Source: Malacoraja senta (lineage: Eukaryota). Taken from it: a stretch of DNA of 60,000 nt. The notes under the pieces were generated by a model, which saw nothing but the letters and a program-made list of their open reading frames with translations, had not been told where the DNA came from and ran no database searches. Made by a program: the position numbers and the translations under genes. The stretch is from the NCBI GenBank assembly GCA_038087875.1, contig CM075989.1, forward strand, positions 19,532,001-19,592,000. The letters run 5' to 3'. Positions 1 to 12,270 of the stretch are shown in pieces (position 1 is the stretch's first letter; each line of letters begins with the position of its first letter).

Positions 1-166
1 GAATGAAGATGGGGGATGAAATCGGAAATTTTAAGACAGATTGAATATAATGATTCTGGTCTTCTAATTTTTATTTTCAAACATATTGTAGGATGTGCAC
101 ACCAATTAATCCCTTGCCAATCTTAGATGTTGTGGGTAGATATATATGGATATTTTACGAGCAGTT

Positions 167-570
167 GGCAGCATAGTGGCGCAGCAGGTAGAGCTGCTGC
201 CTCACTGTGCCAGAGACACGGGTGCAATCCTGATCTTGGTTAGCTGTCAATGTGGAGTTTGCACGTTCCCACTGTGACCACATGGGTTTCCTCCCACATC
301 CCAAAGACGTGCGGGTTGGTAGGTTAATTGGCCTCTGTAAATTGCCCCTGGTGTGTAGTGAGTGGATGAAAAAGTGGGATAATGTAGAACTCATTTTAAT
401 GGCTGAAGAAGGGTCTCCACCCAAAACGTCACCCAATCCTTCTCTCCAGAGATGCTGCCTGTCCCGCTGAGTTACTCCAGCATTTTGTGTCTGTCTTCAA
501 TGGGTGAACATTGGTCGGTGTGGACCTGGCGGGCTGAAGGGCCTGTTTCCTTGCTGTATCTTTCAATCAG
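167..570 (+). mobile_element. tRNA-derived V-domain SINE (HE1-like), interrupted by a hammerhead-core repeat at 403-498
   Basis: tRNA-like head ggcagcatagtggcgcagc, V-domain gtggagtttgcacgttc...ttcctcccaca, CR1-like 3' end gggcctgtttcc; the insert is flanked by aatgg at 398-402 and 499-503. Confidence 0.85.
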
Positions 571-577
571 TTTAGTT

Positions 578-705
578 TAGGAAGGAACTGCAGATGCTGG
601 TTTAAACCGAAGATACACACAAAAAGCTGAAGTAACTCAGCGGGACAGGCAGCATCTCTGGAGAGAAGGAAAGGGTGACGTTTTGGGTGGAGACATTTCT
701 TCAGC
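578..705 (-). mobile_element. ~130-bp Penelope-like repeat with degenerate hammerhead-like core
   Basis: Matches the family consensus taggaaggaactgcagatgctgg...ggtgacgtttcgggtcgagacccttcttcag seen about 25 times in the window. Confidence 0.7.
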
Positions 706-848
706 TATTCAAATGAGTTCTACATTATCCCACTTTTTCATCCACTCTCTACACACCCGGGGAAATTTCCGGAGGCCAATTAACCTACAAACCCACACGT
801 CACTCATTCCTTCTGTCCAGAGATGCTGCCTGTCCCGCTGAGTTACTC

Positions 849-1242
849 CGGGGAGGAAGCGGCCGCTCCAGACATTTCCAAGCTGCTGAGGACTGTTCAC
901 CCGACGCTGGCGTTCCATCTTCCCGGCAGGTGGGCCTATAACATCGGGCTGCCGTTGCGGTGACTGGCTGCGGAGGCCTCAAATAGGCCCCGACCTCAGG
1001 TGGACTAGGAGGAGGAGGAGGACTGGATTTTTTGGTGCCTTCCCTCACAGTGGAAAGTGTTGATTCTGCTGTTGGGGGGACGTTCATGTTGAATCCTATA
1101 GTGTATTGTGTCTTTTTTTTCTTCTTTTTTATTTTATATGGATGTATAGTAATCTAATTTTTTTTCTCTGTAAAGCACTCTGGCTTCAACATGATTTTGA
1201 TTTAAAAGTGCTATATAAATAAAAATTACTTACTTACTTACT
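849..1242 (+). mobile_element. GC-rich non-autonomous retroposon with L2-like 3' end and (tact)n tail
   Basis: Ends aaagtgctatataaataaaaa(ttac)n; splits the host repeat gagttactcc|cagcattttg; related copies at ~10796-11081 and ~24680-25033. Confidence 0.7.
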
Positions 1243-1977
1243 TCAGCATTTTGTTTCAATCAGTTTAGTTTCGTTTGGTTTATTATTGTCATGTGCACCG
1301 AGGTACAGTGAAAAGCTTTTTGTTGCGTGCTAACCAGTCAGCGAAAAGACTCCACATGGTTACAATCAAGCCGTCCATCAAAGTCTAGACCGGGGGCGGC
1401 GAACTGTCCCGTAGGAAACTGCAAAAATCAATAAAAACCAAGGTCCTCAACCTTTCTGTTGAAATACCAACATTTTATTGTGAAATATGTTTTTCACTTA
1501 TCTTGGTCCATGTGACAATAATAAACCAATACCAGTACCAATGTGGAAACTGAACTCAGCAGAATTGCCCATGTCTTTTCAGTACCTTTGGCCCGTGGTT
1601 TAAATTGACCCACCGGCAGAGATATTCTCTCCACCTTCTGCAGCTTTCCATCCAGGGTGCGCAGTAGGAGAGGAGGGCTGGTCTCCGCGCAGTACAAAAG
1701 GGGCCTTCCACCCGTGCTGTTTGCGCACTGCTGACTTTTGTGTCTTGACACTGGGTAAACTCCGTCCCTTGATAAGCCACGGGCGGTTCACCGCGTTCTA
1801 TCTGGTCGGAGTGCTTTGCTTTGCTTCAGTAAACACGGTGAAACAAGGCTGTTGACTCCTGTCCTCCAACAAGGGACTCCAGCAACAGAGCAAGCCCGGC
1901 CATCGCAAACAGAAAACTAAACTTGCTGAAAAAAAGGAAGGTTACAAAGTAATTCCACGCCTTGAAAAAAGTTTGTT

Positions 1978-2385
1978 AATCATAATCATACTTTATTAGC
2001 CAAGTTATTACGAGGAATTTTATTTGCCATACAGTCATACTAATAAAAAGCAACAGAACACACAAAGTACATTTTAACATAAACATCCACCACAGTGACT
2101 CCTCCACATTCCTCACTGTGATGGAAGGCGAAAAAAAGTTAAATCTGTCCTCCAGCGGTCGGGGGCCTCTAACCTTTCGTTGATGGGACGATCTTACTCC
2201 CGTAGCTGGCGGCGGGCCTCCTCGTCGTGGCGATCAAGCTCCTGCATCGGGGGGGGGAATCTCAGCTCCCCCGCGCCAGGCGATCTACCCCGTGTCGTGG
2301 CTAGTCGAACATCGTGCGGTTTTGGAGCTTCCCGACATCGGTCTCTCCCGAGACTGCGAGCTCCTTGATGTTAAAGTCCGCAGGC
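1978..2385 (-). mobile_element. GC-rich non-autonomous retroposon fragment (different tail)
   Basis: Short-repeat tail (aatcat)n plus tttatt at the left end; body resembles the elements at 16887-17745 and 45425-46272. Confidence 0.55.
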
Positions 2386-2540
2386 TGCCGAAGGGTTCTG
2401 ACCCGAAACGTCACTCATCCCCTTTCTCCAGAGATGCTGCCTGGCTCGCTAAGTTCCTCCAGTACTTTATGTCTATCTTTGGTGTAAACCAGCATCTGCA
2501 GCTTGTACAGTTACTTGTGGCCTTTGACTTGTAATTCAAG

Positions 2541-3012
2541 TTTATTTGGAGGTTGCCGTGTTTAACAGCCTAATGGCTGGAGGGAAGAAGCTGTTCCTGA
2601 ACCTGGATGTTACAGTTTTCTGGCTCCTGTACCTTCTTCTCGATTGCAGGAGTGAAATGAGTGTGTGGCCAGGGTGGTGTGGGTCTCTGACGATGCTGGC
2701 AACTTTGGTAAATCCGTTCGATGGTGGGGAGGTCAGAATCCCGCAATGGACTGGGCAGTGTTGACAACTTTTTGCAGTCATCTTCGCTCCTGTGCATTCA
2801 AGTTGCCGAACCAGGCCATGATGAAACCAGTCAATATGCTCTCCACCTGTAGATGTTCAAGAGAGTCCTCTCTGACATACCGAATCTCCGCAACCTTCTC
2901 AGGAAGTAGAGGCGTTGATGGGCTTTCTTTACAATAGCATCAGTGTGCAGGGTCCAGGAAAGATCTTCAGAAATATGCACGCCCAGGAATTTGACGTTAT
3001 TGACCCTCTCCG
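2541..3012 (-). mobile_element. Rex1/Babar LINE 3' fragment (degenerate RT C-terminus)
   Basis: Translations VKFLGVHISEDLSWT...AHQRLYFLRRLRRFG and DPHHPGH...SRFRNSFFP. Confidence 0.85.
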
Positions 3013-3537
3013 CCATTTTGAAAATACGGTATCTAATTGTTCCGTGTCCAATAATCCCTCTTCACCTGAAGCCCAAGATAGGCCATGTCCCATTGAGTTC
3101 ACCACAACAGGAAGACAAGCAGATTGCTATTAAAACACAAACAAGTGCAAGGAATCGTTAATAAAACGGATGGGAGATGATATTTCGCCGGAAATGATGC
3201 ATTAACTATCAAAAACAGATGGTGAATGCTAACAAAATTAGCCTTTTCTACCTCATTACTAATTAGAATCCATTTCCGGGACACGACCAGGGTAAATTTG
3301 TTAAATGTCACCAGGGAAGAAAAGCATAAAACACACAGCTATGGGGTTGAACTGTATTTGTTTAACTCCCTCACGCAAACGTCCTTTTCAGTGCACTGGT
3401 TTAACAGCGCTGTCAGCTCTGTGGTATGGCAGCAGTGTTCAACATTACCTGAAACATTGGCCTGTGTTAGGAGTATGGGCATCTCCAGGCACTACGAATA
3501 CAATGACACTGGAATTTAAATGAGTATAAAGATTTCC

Positions 3538-3810
3538 GGGCGGCATGGTGGCATAGCGGTAGAGTTGCTGCCTTACATCCTGACAACGGGTGCTGTCTGT
3601 ACGGAGTTTGTATGTTCCTCCCGTGACCGGGTGCTCTGCTTTCCTCCCACACTCCAAGTTTGAAAGCTAATTGGCTTGTTATTAATGTAAATTGTCCCTA
3701 GTGTTTGTAGGATAGCGTTAGTGTGCAGGGATCGCTGTTCAGTGCGGACTCAGTGGGCCGAAGGGCCTGTTTCCGCACTGTATCTCTAAACTAAAATAAA
3801 ATAAACTAAA
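3538..3810 (+). mobile_element. HE1-like V-SINE
   Basis: tRNA-like head, V-domain, 3' gggccgaagggcctgtttcc and (taaa)n-type tail. Confidence 0.85.
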
Positions 3811-4231
3811 TTTCCAGCATTAACAGAAGTCAAGGCACACGACCAACATTCTGTTAATGAAAGGAAAGCAAGACTACTTGTTGCACTAGTCATTAAATAT
3901 GCTTAAAATAATCAGTCATTGAGTCTGACACATGGAAATAGGCCCTTCGGCCCAACTTGCCCATGCCGACCAACATGTCCCATCTACATTAGTCCCACCT
4001 GCCTGTGTTTGGTCCATATCCTCTAAACCCATCCTATCCATTAAGATCTTTAAAAAAATATTACATTATAAGACACAGGAGCTGAATTAGGCCATACAGC
4101 TGATCTATCTTTCCCTCTCAAACCCATTCTCCTGCCTTCTCTCCATAACCCCTGACACCCTTACTGATCAAGAATCTATCCATCTCTGCCTTAATAATAT
4201 CCATTGACGGCCTCCACAGCCGTCTGTGACA

Positions 4232-4480
4232 ACCAGCGATCCCCACCACTTACACTATCATAAACACACGGGACAATTTTACATTTATACCAACTCAATT
4301 AACCCACAAACCTGTACGTCTTTGGAGTGTGGGAGGAAACCGGAGCACCCGGAGGAAAACCAACGCAGGTCATGGGGAGAACGTACAAACTCCATACAGA
4401 CAAGCACCCGTAGTCAGGATCAAACCCGGGTCGCTGGCGCTGTAAGGCAGCAACTCTACCGCTACACCACCGTGCTGCCC
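4232..4480 (-). mobile_element. HE1-like V-SINE
   Basis: Reverse complement of the SINE head and V-domain. Confidence 0.85.
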
Positions 4481-5119
4481 AAATGTTGTCTGACATACAA
4501 ATCCTCCTTGACTATCTCTTAAAAGCCAATCATCGAAAGGATACAGATGTCTCTTTGGAGCTAATATCTGACCCCTATCTATCACATTACTCCTCTAAGT
4601 GAACCCTTTTATACCACATCGTCAATGGTACCCCCTTCATTGCGCATCAACCTCACCTCCAGCTCCAAAGATCCCCACTGTTTGTTTGTAACAGAAGGCC
4701 CTCCTTATACGGATTTATACTTAGCATGGAAACTTCTGTAGTCTGGGACTCACACACTGAGACCAAGAGGGGGTTGCAGCAATGACAGGAATAATGTCCT
4801 CTTGCCTTCCAGATAGGTAAACTGAAGCACAGAAGTTTAATTATTTATCAAACTGATCAACTAAGGCATCTGTCAGAAATGTCTGGAACCTTTGAGGAGA
4901 GAGCAAAGTGTGCCTGGACCCAAAATGCCCCCACGATATTCAATATGCCGTTTGCACCCTGACAAATCATATATAAGTTGGCAAAGAGCAACTTTGAGCA
5001 AAGTTTCTTAATTACCAAAGGAAAAATGCATAATTATCGCTAAAAATCCGCACATTCAATAAAATAAATGTTGCAAAGAAGAATGCATATTTCCAGGTTA
5101 TATTATTAGAAACTCTTTC

Positions 5120-5428
5120 GACTTTACTTTAGACTATAGAGATACAGCACGGAGACAGGCCCTTCGGCCCACCGAGTCCGTGCCGAGCAGCGATCACCCC
5201 GTACACTAGTTCTACCCGACACACTAGGGACAATTTTACCAAAGCTGATGAACCTACAAACCTGTACGTTTTTGGAGTGTGGAAGGAAACCAGTGCACCT
5301 GGAGAAAACCCATGCAGTCACAGGGAGAACGTACAAACACCGTACAGGCAGCACCCATAGTCAGGATCGAACCCTGGTCTCTGGCGCTGTCAGGCAGCAA
5401 CTCTACCACTGCGCCACCATGCCGCCCA
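5120..5428 (-). mobile_element. HE1-like V-SINE, near full length
   Basis: Head, V-domain and tail all present on the minus strand. Confidence 0.85.
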
Positions 5429-5916
5429 GTTGATATCAGCAAGTAGTTATTGACTTAGCAATTCATTCCTGTTAACAGTTAATAACCTGCAGAGGAAGTT
5501 GCACATACTGAGTAAGTGACAAAGTGCTGTGATACAAGTTGGTGACGCATTAAAGGTAATCGTTTCCTGTAATCAGCCTAAACCGATCAGAACGTATCTT
5601 AATGAGAATGGAGCTCAGAATGGACGAGACTTTAATCATCTTTGATTGTGAGCAGTTCATTAGATTCTGCCAGTGCAAGGTTCCGGTTTGCCTAAAGCAT
5701 TAGGTTTAGGTTTATTATTGTCATGCATACAGAGTTTGGTTCAGATTAGTTTATTGTCACATGTACCGAGGTACAGCGAAAAGCTTTTGTTGCATGTTTT
5801 CCAGTCAGCGGAAAGAAGGGACTCGACCCAAAACGTCGCCCATTCCTTCTCTCCAGAGATGCTGCCTGTCCCGCTGAGTTACTCCAGCATTTTGTGTCTA
5901 TCAGTGGAAAGACTAA

Positions 5917-6143
5917 TGGGCCTGTCCCACCTCGGCGATATTTTAGGCAACTACAGGCGACTAGTTTGTCATCACATGTTCGCCGGTGATCGCCGGGAGC
6001 CGTCTCCTCAGTCGCGCAAAAAGTCGTAGCATCTTTCTGGTTGCCGCTAAATTTTCAACATGTTGAACATTTTTCGGCGACAGTGGGTTTGATGCCAATG
6101 GGCGTAGCTTGACTTCTCCTGATGTAGGTGCTGTCGTAGATTG
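5917..6143. mobile_element. Truncated PIF/Harbinger-type MITE, same family as 47548-48174
   Basis: TAA followed by TIR tgggcctgtcccac; body similar to the reverse complement of the right end of 47548-48174; second TIR absent. Confidence 0.65.
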
Positions 6144-6619
6144 TCTGGTCTGTGTGACGGACTGGGCTACATTCACAACTCTCTGTGATTTGTTACGTTC
6201 TTGGGCTGAGCTGTTCCCAAACCAAGCAGAGATGTAACCCAACAGTCAGCTTTCTCTGGTGCATCTGTGGAAGTTTGTAAGAGTCACTCAAGACATGTTG
6301 AATTTCCTCTGTCACCTCAGAAGGTCCATCCCTTTTTTACTGCCCTTAAGGAGAGAAGATTTGTCTCTCCTTTCCTATAGTTGCAGAAGGTCCATGCCAC
6401 CGTCATTGTGTCTGCAGAAGGTCCATCCTTCCCTCTTACTCTTAATCGGGACTGAGCCATCAGTTGAGGAGTCCCTCCACATTCGCCAAGAACGGAGCAT
6501 TAGGCACATCCGTAAAGTATTTAAACACCTTGGTCTGGTCTGGATTCTGTCATGGACTGCGCTACATCTACAGATCTCCGCAATTTCTTCACACCAAGTA
6601 GCCCTATATTTTACCACAT

Positions 6620-7300
6620 GGACCAAGGAACCGCAGATGTTAGTATACAAAAAAAAACCACACAAAGAGCTGGAGTAACTCAATGGGTCAGGCAGCATCC
6701 TACGAGAACCTGGATGGGTGATGTTTCGGGTCGGGACTCTTATTCAGACGTTTGCAAAATTTGCTAAATCAGATGCTAAATTTTACCAGTCTGAAGATGG
6801 GTTTCTGCCTGAAACGTTGCCTATTTCCTTCGCTCCTTAGATGCTGCTGCACCCGCTGAGTTTCTCCAGCACTTTTGTCTACCTTCGCTAAATTTTACCA
6901 GTCTGACGAAGGGTTCCCACCCGAAACATCATCCATACTTCTTTCTCCAGAGATGCTGCCTGAACTGTTGAGTTACTCCAGCACTTTGTGTCTATCTTCT
7001 GTATAAACCAGCATCTGTAGTTCCTTCCTACATACTAAATTTTACTTAAATGTGCGTAGGAAGGAACTGCAGATGTTGGTTTTCTCCAAAGATAGACATA
7101 ACATGCTGGCGTAACTCAGCGGGTCAGGCAGCATCTCTGGAGAAAAGGAATAGGTGACATCTCGGGTCGAGGTCCTTATTCAGACTGGTAAAATTTAGCA
7201 TCTGAAGAAGGGTCTCGACCTGAAACGTCATCTATTCCATTTCTTCAGAGATGCTGCCTGACCCGCTGAGTTACTCCAGCATCTTGTGTCTAACCTTGAC
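6620..7300. mobile_element. Cluster of five hammerhead-core (Penelope-like) repeats in mixed orientation
   Basis: Copies at ~6623-6749(-), 6788-6886(+), 6899-7033(+), 7051-7186(-), 7200-7296(+). Confidence 0.75.
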
Positions 7301-8582
7301 CACATTTGTTGCGAACAGAAGACTCACGATACTGGATGCTTTATAATTGTCTTTGGATTGAGGGATGAGAGAGCAGAGAACAAATAGCACGTCCATTCAA
7401 AATCACTATAATTTGTGTATTTTACACCCTTTTCATATACATGTCTGGTTACAAGATATTGGTTAAACACTTTGATGAAAAGCCAATGAACAGGGACATT
7501 TGCTCACATCGCTGCTGTTAAGTTTAAGTACATCCTTTAAAGGGATGAGCATGAGTACTTTTAATTGTTACCCATTACAGCCTATGTACACAACCGTGCA
7601 ACTGTAAACCCTGCACATAAGGCCTCTGTTCTCTGGGGAATGCCTATTCCATGATCCATCAGGGACTTAGGTCAGTACAGCAACACAAGAACAAACCCTG
7701 ATTAAGTCACAGAATATGAATGAACCCTTGTCTCAAGTCCTGGCTTTTTTTTCCCCTTCTCTCTTTTGGAAGTGTCGACCTTTAATGTACACACACACAC
7801 TAACAAATCACAATATGTTACCAGGGGAAGCGAATGGTGTTGCCTCATTGTACTGCAACAAAGGGGGGAATTTGCTGGAATTATGTGGCGCTGTAATCAA
7901 TCTGCGTTCAGTTATCAGCTGAGTGACATGACAGAGATTCATATACAACTCCAGCACTTAAGAGTTCCTTGGGTGAAGGCTTCCACTCTCCGAGTTTTCC
8001 CAGCCTTACCCAAACAACGCCGTAAATCATACAAGCCCTCCCTCGCCACAGCGTTCTGGTCACCCACTGATTCTAATCAACCTCCCTGCTATTTGTACAG
8101 AGACGTCTAAACTGCCTATAAACCAGCGGCTAATTGCTGATCGGCTTAATTAAGGCAAGTCTTTGAAGTCAGTCTTACAAAGATAAATGAAATAATCAGC
8201 ACTGACCTAATGAGAGATAATTAGATTATGCTCAACAATAAATAAAACACAATGCTCTGTATCCGCGTGTGTCATTGAAAGACGTCTCCTCATCCCACGT
8301 TCCCCACACACCAGTCACACCACCAGAGTTATTTTCATTCAGACTGGAAGGATTGCACTGAGATTTATAAATATGCAGAACTTTGCCTATTATTAAATCA
8401 CATTTGCAAATTGATCATTTAGCCAACGTTTCTTTAGACTATGTTGCATCGACTAGCTCCATCAAGCCATGAAGCTGAACAAAACATTTCAAAAAGATGT
8501 TCGCACAGATTTACAACACGCACTTTAAATGTGCACAGAATATTTCTGAAGGTTTTCATATTTTTTCCTCACATTTAGTAAA

Positions 8583-8603
8583 GGGGGGGGGGGGGGGGGG
8601 GGG
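8583..8603. repeat. Poly-G tract (21 G)
   Basis: Seen directly. Confidence 0.95.
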
Positions 8604-9621
8604 CTGATCGCTGAAGGATCCAGAAGATAATAATATGAAGTTGGTTAATCATTTTAATGCACAAAGTAGCGCAGAATTGACGATTGTTTTATATCAGAAT
8701 GGGTGTGTAAAATTGTGAGGCAGTTTTTAGAAATTTCAAATATAGCCATGCCTCTGCCGGCAAGGAAGGATATCGACCTCCTTCCCCTGCCTATGCCCGC
8801 CACACTCATTAATTATAAGGATATATGTGTGGTGATCGCACAGTCAATAAGCCTATCAATTGCACTACAAAGCGAAAAGAAATTATAAAACCAGGAAAAA
8901 AGGTTGTAGCTGCACCATTTTAAAAGCTATTTGTGTGCATCATGACAGAACAATAAACATTTAAGAAATGGTGAATTCTGTACTAGGAGGGGACAAAAAA
9001 AATACCAATGGCTTCAGCAGGGCTGCAGTAATAAGACACTTAAAATGTTCTCATTCGACCAAAACAGAGGTTAACTATTACACTCACTCAATCATCGGCT
9101 ATTGGGTTTGTCTGTATAAATGCAGATTAATTTTGCAGGTACTGTATGAATTTTTGATAAAAAGGATAATTTTGCTGGAACTCATGTGGCCCAGACATTG
9201 TAATTGACCCTGGGATTATTGATTTCTCTTTGTGCCTCGAAGCACGGCAACATGTTTTCTGGCAGATAATAGCTTCAAAAAAATGGACTTTGTACATTTA
9301 TCATCATTCACGTTTAAAAGAACGATGAAGAGGGAAGGCAGATTGCATGGGACACATCAGCCGCGATATCATTTTCTGAATGAGCTGAAAAGTACCTGTC
9401 ATTGTGGTAATAATAGCAATTCATAACAGTTAAAGAGTAATAAAAACACTTAAATTCACATGCCTCAAATTACAGTAGAGTAAACCTTGGGATTCAGATT
9501 TGGGTAGACCACCCGTGCAAATACGACCACCTATTGTGTCAGTGGTGTGCAATTCGCACTCGCTGACACGTCTTATCATTAGTTCTAGTTATAATTGCAA
9601 CATAAGGGGCAAAAATCCCTT

Positions 9622-10100
9622 TTCAGGCTGGAAAGGGTACAGAGAAGATTTACGAGGAGGTTGCCAGGACTAGAGGGTCTGAGCTATAGGGAGAGGTTGA
9701 GTAGGCTGGGGCTCTATTCATTGCAGCACAAGAGGATGAGGGGTGATCTTATAGAGGTGTATAAAATCACGAGAGGAATAGATCGGGTAGATGCACAGAG
9801 TCTGCTGCCCAGAGTAAGTGAATCGAGGAGGAATCATAGGTTTATGGTGAAGGGGAAAAGATTTGGTAGGAATCTGAGGGATGACTTTTTCACACATGGG
9901 TGCATGGAACAAGCTGCCAGAGGACGTAGTTGAGGCAGGGACTATCCCAACATTTAAGAAACAGTTGGGCAGGTACATGGATAGGACAGGTGGGATATGG
10001 GCCAAACACGGGCAGATGGGACTAGTGTACCTGAGACATATTGGCCGGTGTGGGCTAGTTGGGCCGAAGTGCCTGTTTCCTCGCTGTATCAATCTATGAC
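9622..10100 (+). mobile_element. CR1 LINE 3' fragment
   Basis: LERVQRRFTRRLPGLEGLSYRERLSRLGLYSL...RMRGDLIEVYKI. Confidence 0.9.
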
Positions 10101-10795
10101 TCAATAACATACACATATATCCGTTTATATTTCTGTAACAAAATATTTGCTGAAGAAATTATTGGGAATGGGCTTATCTCTATAAATGCATGTAACTAAC
10201 CTCCCATAGACAATAGACAATCCATTTTGTGTAGGAAGGAACTGCAGAAGCTGGTTTACACCAAAGATAGACACACAAAACGCTGGAGTAACTCAGCAGG
10301 TCCGGCAGCGTCTCTGGAGGAAGGGAATAGTTTTGGGTCAAGTCCCTTCATCCTGTTCCCCAAGAATCTGATATATTGTGGTGGATTTGATAACACCCTT
10401 GCCTAGGGGAGAATAGTCACTGTGTTAAAAAAAATAATTCATTAATCAAAGTGCTTGTTCCAACATTTCAACATGAAGTGGCGCCTTGTAAAATTTTATT
10501 TACTTGTCGGTGTAATGCTGTTTGCATTTTTAATGTTTGCTTGAAATATATTTCAATAAACACTTTGCTATTTATGTCAAATCTCAGCATGTCAAAGCAA
10601 AGCTGGTGCAGTGCCTTTCTGCTCATTACACAGTGATAACATTATGAGCAGGCATCAAACTGTCTGGACCAGTGTACTCATAATTAAAAGACCCTTCATT
10701 TTTGGTTTACGCATCCAAATTCAGGAGTCAAGAGTATTTTATTGTCGTGTGTCCCGAAACAGAACAATGAAATCCTGACTTGCAGAAGCACAACA

Positions 10796-11081
10796 GCCTG
10801 AAATCATCGGACTGGCTGCGGAGGCCACATGTAGGCCCCGAGGAAGTAGATCACAGAGGAAGAGGACTATACTTTCTGGTGCCTTTCCCCACAGTGGAAC
10901 ATTTTGATTCTGTTGTGGGGGGGACGTTCATGTTGAATTCTATAATGTGTTGTGTCATTTTTCTTTCTTTTAAATTTTTCTATGGATGTACGGAAACTTA
11001 ATTATTTTTTCTATGTAAAGCACTTTGGTTTCAACGCGAGTTGATTTAAACGTGCTATATAAATAAAATGACTTACTTACT
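10796..11081 (+). mobile_element. L2-tailed GC-rich retroposon fragment
   Basis: Homologous to 849-1242; (tact)n tail. Confidence 0.7.
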
Positions 11082-11117
11082 AAACACAGTAGTCTGTAAG
11101 ACGCATACGTAATGGGT

Positions 11118-11340
11118 GGGGTGGCGCAGTGGCACAGCGGTAGAGTTGCTGCCTTACAGCGCCAGAGACCTGGGTTTCATCCTGAGTACGGGTGCTGACT
11201 GTACGGAGTTTGAACGTTCTCCCGGTGACTGTGTGAGTTTTCTCTGGCTGCTCTGGTTGCCTCCCACACTCCAAAGACATCTGTAGATTAATTGGCTCTG
11301 GTAAGTTGTCCTCAGTGTGTAGGATAGTGTTAGTGTAGTG
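11118..11340 (+). mobile_element. HE1-like V-SINE
   Basis: tRNA head and V-domain. Confidence 0.85.
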
Positions 11341-11344
11341 TTAT

Positions 11345-12270
11345 GTTTTTCTAAAGTTTAAACAGAACAAAAAAAAGTTCAGCATAGATAAAAAAACACA
11401 AAGAGACAAATAAATAGACAATAATAGTGCACCATCAAATATAATGTCCCAGAGCCTATATTGTTCGGAACCTATCTGGAGGTTGTTGTGTTTCAGAGTC
11501 TGATGGTTGCAGGGAAGAAGCTGCTCCTGAACATGGACGTAACATTTTTCTGGCTCCTGTTCTTTCTTCCCGATGGCAGGAGTGAAATGAGAGCGTGGCC
11601 AGGGTGGTGTGGGTCTCTGATGATGCCGGTTGCCTTTTTGAGGCAGCGACTCCTGTGGATCCCTTCGATGGTGGGGGGGGTCAGTACCGGTGATCGACCG
11701 GGCATTGTCCACCACATCTTGCAATCTTCTTTGTTCCTGGGCATTCGAGTTGTTGAACCAGGCCGTACAGTAACCAGTCAATATGATCTTTATTGAGTGC
11801 CTGTAGAAGTTTGAGAGACTATTCATTTACAGACCGAATCTCCGTCATCTTAGTTAATTATCTTAGTTTATTGTCACGTGTACCAAGGTACAGTGAAAAC
11901 CTTTTGTTGCATGCTAACCAGTCAGCGGAAAGACTATTCATGATTACATTTGAACCATCCACAGTGTACAGATACATGATAAAGGGAATAATGTTTAGTC
12001 TAAGATAAAGTTCAGTAAAGTCCAATTAAAGATAGTCTGAGAAGAGGGAGTGACCAGGGTGCGATTATGCTGCTGACCTTGCCAAGGCAGCGTGATGGTG
12101 TGGGCTGCGTCCACAATTCTCAGCACTTTCTTGAGGTCTTGGATGGAGCTGTTCCCAAACCATGCCATGACGCATCCCGATAAAATGCTTTCTACGACGC
12201 ATCTATAGTTGGTGAGAGTTGTTGGGGACATGCCAAACTTTCTGAGCCTTCTAAGGAAGTAGAGGTGTTG
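11345..12270 (-). mobile_element. Two adjacent Rex1/Babar 3' fragments
   Basis: FYRHSIKIILTGYCTAWF, IIRDPHHPGHALISLLPSG and YRCVVESILSGCVMAWFGNSS motifs. Confidence 0.8.

Noticed and set aside
1494..1791. Possible host exon in unique, moderately GC-rich sequence
   Set aside because: No recognisable protein motif and no convincing pair of splice sites.
3538..3600. tRNA-like sequences at SINE 5' ends as tRNA genes
   Set aside because: They are degenerate and always continue into the SINE V-domain.
6259..6698. 139-aa and 107-aa ORFs with repeated aaggtccat
   Set aside because: They span junctions of different repeats; the middle segment could not be assigned to any family.
6620..7300. Repeat-spacer pattern as a CRISPR-like array
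   Set aside because: The units are ~100-130 bp, diverged and in mixed orientation, in a eukaryotic context with no cas genes.
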